From an uncultured Verrucomicrobiota bacterium (lineage in GTDB: Bacteria; Verrucomicrobiota; Verrucomicrobiia; Limisphaerales; VHCN01), in NCBI GenBank assembly GCA_964589935.1, contig CAZPVD010000009.1:88969-152968 (forward strand): a DNA stretch of 64,000 nt, given 5' to 3'. Positions 58,925-64,000 of this stretch are shown one piece after another (within the stretch, counting starts at the first letter, position 1; every line of letters begins with the position of its first letter). Below the pieces are notes generated by a model, which did no database searches, was not told the origin of the DNA, and was given only the letters and a program-made list of their open reading frames with translations. A program made the position numbers and the translations under genes.

Positions 58925-61543
58925 TTATGCCGGCGGCTGTTCCTCGGCGGCATTTTCCTCGCTGATGACGGGAGCGATGGCCTGGAGTTTGTCACCCTCG
59001 GCAAGGTTCACGAGTTTCACGCCCATTGTGTTGCGGCCCGCTTCGCGGATGCCCTGAACAGGAATCCGCACCATCTGGCCGCCGGCGGTGATGAGCATGA
59101 TTTCGTCCGCATCGCGCACAGTGAGCGCACCGACGACCGCGCCGGTCTTGTCGCCGGTCTTCATGGTGATGATGCCCTTGCCGCCGCGCGACTGGACGCG
59201 GTATTCGTCGAACGCGGTGCGCTTGCCGATGCCGTTCTCGCCCGCAACGAGCAGCGTGGCGTCTGGCACGACGATGGCGGCCGCGACGACCGCATCGGTT
59301 TTCTCCAAGCTGATGCCTTTCACGCCGCCGGCGGGGCGGCCCATCGAGCGCACGTCCTCCTCGCTGAAGCGGATGCTCTGGCCGTCGTGCGTGATGAGGA
59401 CGATTTCGTTCCGGCCGGTGGTGAGCTTGACATCAATGAGCGTGTCGCCCGGCTCGATGCCGATGGCGATGATGCCGCCCTTGCGGACGTTGGCGAATTC
59501 GTTGAGCGAGGTTTTCTTCACCGTGCCCTGCTGCGTGGTGAAGAAGAGTTCGCCGGACTGCTGCCAGGTGATGTCCTGCTTGTTTGCGTCGGTCTTGGAA
59601 AGGATGCGGATCATCGCGGCGACTTTTTCCCCGGCCTTCAATTCGAGGAAGTTCGCGATGCTGCGGCCCTTGGATGCGCGGCCCATGTCGGGAATCTCGT
59701 GCACGCGCTCGACATACACGCGGCCGGTGTTCGTGAAGAACATCAGGTAATCGTGCGTGCTCGCGGTGAAAAGGTGCTCGATGAAATCCGAATCCTCCGG
59801 CGTGTCGCCCTCGCGCGTGGCCATGCCGATGACGCCCTTGCCGCCGCGGCGCTGCGCGCGGTAGGCGCTGACGGCGGTGCGCTTGATGAGGCCGGCGTGC
59901 GTGAGCGTGATGATGACGCCCTCGTTGGCGATGAGGTCCTCGATGGCGATCTCGCCCTCGTCGGGGACGATCTCGGTCATGCGCGGCGTGGCGTGCTTTT
60001 CCTTGATGGCCTTCAACTCGGCCTTGATGATCGTCATCACGCGCGTTTCCTTCGCGAGGATATCGAGAAGGTCCTTGATGGTCGCAAGGAGGGCCTTGTA
60101 TTCAGCCTCGACCTTGTCAATTTCAAGGCCCGTAAGTTGATAAAGGCGGAGGTCGAGGATGGCGTCCACCTGGCGTTCACCTAGACCGTAGCGTCCCGCA
60201 GTGAGACGCGCCTCGTCGCGAAGAAGAATACCCCATGACTCAATCTGCGCGCGGCTCCACTCGAAGGCGAGGAGCTTCACACGCGCTTCGTCGCGGTTCT
60301 TGCTGCTGCGGATGATGTGGATGAACTCGTCGAGGTTCGCGAGCGCGACGAGGTAGCCTTCGAGCAGTTCGGCGCGTTCCTCGGCCTTGCGCAACTCGAA
60401 GCGCGTGCGGCGCAGGATGACTTCGCGCCGGTGCTCGATGTAGCACTGGATGATTTCCTTGAGGTTGAGCGTCTTGGGCTTGCCGTGATCAATGGCGAGC
60501 GCGTTGACGCTGAAGGAAACTTCGAGCTGCGTGTGCTGGTAGAGGTTGTTGATGACGACCTTGGGCAGCGCGTCGCGCTTCAGCTCGATCACGAGGCGGC
60601 AGTGCTCGTCCGACTCGTTGCGCATCGCGGAGATGTCCGTGATGATCTTCTGGTTGACGAGGTCGGCGATGCTCGATTCGAGCGCCGCGCGATTCACGTT
60701 GAAGGGGATCTCGGTGATGACGAGCTGCTCGCGGTTGCCCTTGAGTTCCTCGCTGCCGATTTTGCCGCGCAGCTTGATGGAGCCGCGCCCGGTCTCGAAA
60801 TAATTCTTGATGCCCTCGATGCCGCAGATGAAACCACCGGTCGGGAAGTCCGGGCCTTTGATGAATTTCATCAGGCCCGCGACGGTGATGGCCGGGTTGT
60901 CAATCTGCGCGCAGATGCCGTCAACGATTTCACCGAGGTTGTGCGGCGGCATGTTCGTGGCCATGCCGACCGCGATGCCGGTGCCGCCGTTGACGAGGAG
61001 GTTCGGAAACGCGGCGGGGAAAACCGTCGGCTCGGTGAGGCGCTCGTCGTAGTTCGGAACGAAGTCCACTGTGTCCTTCTCCATGTCGAGCATGAGCGCC
61101 GCGCCCAGGTGTGTGAGGCGTGCCTCGGTGTAACGCATCGCGGCGGGCGGGTCGTCCTCGACGGAGCCGAAGTTGCCCTTACCATCCACGAGCCGCTCGC
61201 GCATGGCCCAAGGCTGCGCCATGTGGACGAGCGTTGGGTAGATGACGGCCTCGCCGTGCGGGTGGTAGTTGCCAGAGGTGTCACCGCAAATTTTCGCGCA
61301 CTTGATGTGCTTGCGTCCGGGGAACAGCGACAGGTTCTCCATCGCATAGAGGATGCGGCGCTGCGAGGGCTTGAGTCCGTCGCGCACGTCAGGCAGCGCG
61401 CGAGAGATGATGACCGACATCGAATAGTCGAGGAACGAGGCCTTGATCTCCTCGGCGACGTTGATCTTGGTGATTTTCTCGCCCTGCGTGTAGGCGGAGC
61501 CGGGCTGTTGTGGCGGAGTGGTGGAATCTTTTTCGTCGGGCAT
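58925..61543 (-). CDS. gyrA: DNA gyrase subunit A
   Basis: YAMENLSL...NYHPHGEAVIYPTLVHMAQPW active-site region. GyrA box QRRGGKG. 872 aa. Confidence 0.95.
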   Translation of the reverse strand: MPDEKDSTTPPQQPGSAYTQGEKITKINVAEEIKASFLDYSMSVIISRALPDVRDGLKPSQRRILYAMENLSLFPGRKHIKCAKICGDTSGNYHPHGEAVIYPTLVHMAQPWAMRERLVDGKGNFGSVEDDPPAAMRYTEARLTHLGAALMLDMEKDTVDFVPNYDERLTEPTVFPAAFPNLLVNGGTGIAVGMATNMPPHNLGEIVDGICAQIDNPAITVAGLMKFIKGPDFPTGGFICGIEGIKNYFETGRGSIKLRGKIGSEELKGNREQLVITEIPFNVNRAALESSIADLVNQKIITDISAMRNESDEHCRLVIELKRDALPKVVINNLYQHTQLEVSFSVNALAIDHGKPKTLNLKEIIQCYIEHRREVILRRTRFELRKAEERAELLEGYLVALANLDEFIHIIRSSKNRDEARVKLLAFEWSRAQIESWGILLRDEARLTAGRYGLGERQVDAILDLRLYQLTGLEIDKVEAEYKALLATIKDLLDILAKETRVMTIIKAELKAIKEKHATPRMTEIVPDEGEIAIEDLIANEGVIITLTHAGLIKRTAVSAYRAQRRGGKGVIGMATREGDTPEDSDFIEHLFTASTHDYLMFFTNTGRVYVERVHEIPDMGRASKGRSIANFLELKAGEKVAAMIRILSKTDANKQDITWQQSGELFFTTQQGTVKKTSLNEFANVRKGGIIAIGIEPGDTLIDVKLTTGRNEIVLITHDGQSIRFSEEDVRSMGRPAGGVKGISLEKTDAVVAAAIVVPDATLLVAGENGIGKRTAFDEYRVQSRGGKGIITMKTGDKTGAVVGALTVRDADEIMLITAGGQMVRIPVQGIREAGRNTMGVKLVNLAEGDKLQAIAPVISEENAAEEQPPA

Positions 61544-61546
61544 GGG

Positions 61547-61993
61547 TCAATTCTTGATGATCTGGGAAAGCTCTTCTGGAAAACACGCCACGCCGATGCG
61601 TTGCGCCGCGGCGCGCAGCTTTCCATCCGTGGTGCACAACGGCCCCCTCGGGTGGATCAACGCCGTCGCAAGATGAAGGGCATCGAGCGACCGCAGCGCA
61701 ACGTCCGGATGGCAGGTCTTCAGCAGTCCGGCGGCGCGTTCCACGACTGATGAATTAAGTGGATGAAGGTGCAGCAGTTTGCCCTCGTGCATGGACTCGA
61801 AGCGGGTCAGGGCGAGTTTCCGTTCAGCCACGGAAACCCACCCCGACCGCTCTTTCATCAAGATCGCCGAGCACACTTCTGCCAGCGCCAGCTCGGAAGT
61901 CCACAACTCGTGCCCGACGATGTGCGTGTTGAACCAACCCGAGTCGTCCTCGCGGACGAGCAACTTGACGATGATGGCGCTGTCCAGATACAT
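61547..61993 (-). CDS. PIN-domain toxin (VapC-like)
   Basis: MYLDSAIIVKLL...acidic residues D4, E..., D... typical of PIN. 148 aa. Immediately downstream of the antitoxin. Confidence 0.7.
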   Translation of the reverse strand: MYLDSAIIVKLLVREDDSGWFNTHIVGHELWTSELALAEVCSAILMKERSGWVSVAERKLALTRFESMHEGKLLHLHPLNSSVVERAAGLLKTCHPDVALRSLDALHLATALIHPRGPLCTTDGKLRAAAQRIGVACFPEELSQIIKN

Positions 61994-61995
61994 CG

Positions 61996-62322
61996 TCAGG
62001 GTCGCGAATCCCGCTCGGCACGGATCAGTTCCTCGGCGGACGGCCCCCGATGAATAGGCTGCCGGAGCAGGAACTCACCCATGCCCTCGAAAACTTTCCG
62101 AGGTTTGGATGGCGCGATGCTGACAAGTCGCGCCTTGGGCTGGCCGTCGCTCGTGATGGTCAGTTCGCGCCCCGTTGCCACCCACTCGAGCAAGGCCGAG
62201 AGATGAGCCTTTGCGTCGCGGACAGTGACGATGCGCCCCCACGTCGCGTCCGCGCTTTCGCGGAGAACCGACGGCTCGGCGCGCTTGCTTATCTTGTAAA
62301 TCACTGGCTTCTTCGTTTTCAT
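61996..62322 (-). CDS. Phd/YefM-type antitoxin (VapB-like)
   Basis: RIVTVRDAKAHLSALLEWVATGRELTITSDGQPKARLVSIA matches the Phd/YefM fold pattern. Start chosen at MKTKK. Confidence 0.65.
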   Translation of the reverse strand: MKTKKPVIYKISKRAEPSVLRESADATWGRIVTVRDAKAHLSALLEWVATGRELTITSDGQPKARLVSIAPSKPRKVFEGMGEFLLRQPIHRGPSAEELIRAERDSRP

Positions 62323-62330
62323 GCGAACAA

Positions 62331-62350
62331 TGTAGTCACATGTGACTACA
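62331..62350. promoter_or_regulatory. Perfect 20-bp palindrome TGTAGTCACATGTGACTACA between the gyrB stop and the antitoxin start (putative TA operator)
   Basis: Seen directly. Lies 9-28 nt upstream of the antitoxin ATG. Confidence 0.55.
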
Positions 62351-62365
62351 CGCGTCAAGCTCTAT

Positions 62366-64000
<1,635 letters not shown>

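Noticed and set aside
60317-61750. 477-aa plus-strand ORF antisense to gyrA
   Set aside because: Shadow of an essential, motif-rich gene.

Overview
This is a 64 kb, high-GC (about 63-65%), gene-dense chromosomal segment with genes on both strands. The gene content points to a PVC-superphylum bacterium, most likely Verrucomicrobiota or Planctomycetota. The evidence is three formylglycine-type arylsulfatases (C-x-P-x-R motif), DUF1501 partnered with DUF1549/DUF1553 and with DUF1800, a DUF1559 pilin-like protein with a prepilin N-terminus, PSCyt-type cytochrome domains, and the hopanoid side-chain genes hpnH/hpnJ. No rRNA, tRNA, CRISPR array, transposase or integrase was found. Housekeeping genes include mutS, gyrA and a partial gyrB that runs off the 3' edge of the window. 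Other readable genes are a pilMNOPQ type IV pilus operon followed by a giant NHL-repeat protein, an amino-acid ABC transporter with an enolase-superfamily epimerase, a GH5-like hydrolase, a SMUG-type UDG and a eukaryotic-type Ser/Thr kinase. The accessory content that stands out is listed here. (1) At 119-11102, an OmpR-type RR-HK-sulfatase operon sits divergent from a five-gene plus-strand operon. That operon carries two paralogous modules of a single-domain response regulator followed by a secreted YHYH-motif protein, flanking a fusion of an unknown N-terminal domain to a di-heme cytochrome c peroxidase. Several periplasmic proteins in this locus share Pro/Gly/Arg-rich FDG...RRPGP...FDD segments. 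(2) At 42429-45217, two tandem paralogs fuse a receiver domain to an MBL-fold hydrolase. One has Glu in place of the phospho-acceptor Asp, and the pair share a 42-nt identical tract. (3) mutS carries a 78-nt in-frame palindromic insertion just upstream of the Walker A motif. (4) A 23-codon lysine-rich micro-ORF is followed by a 14-bp perfect palindrome and direct repeats, upstream of a PolB-like exonuclease gene. (5) There are two toxin-antitoxin modules. One is MNT/HEPN with an adjacent low-GC gene. The other is a Phd-PIN pair wedged between gyrB and gyrA with a 20-bp perfect palindrome operator. (6) An NfeD-flotillin pair is followed by a low-GC zinc-ribbon membrane gene. Coordinates come from codon arithmetic on the supplied ORF track, and start codons are best guesses within about 30 nt.
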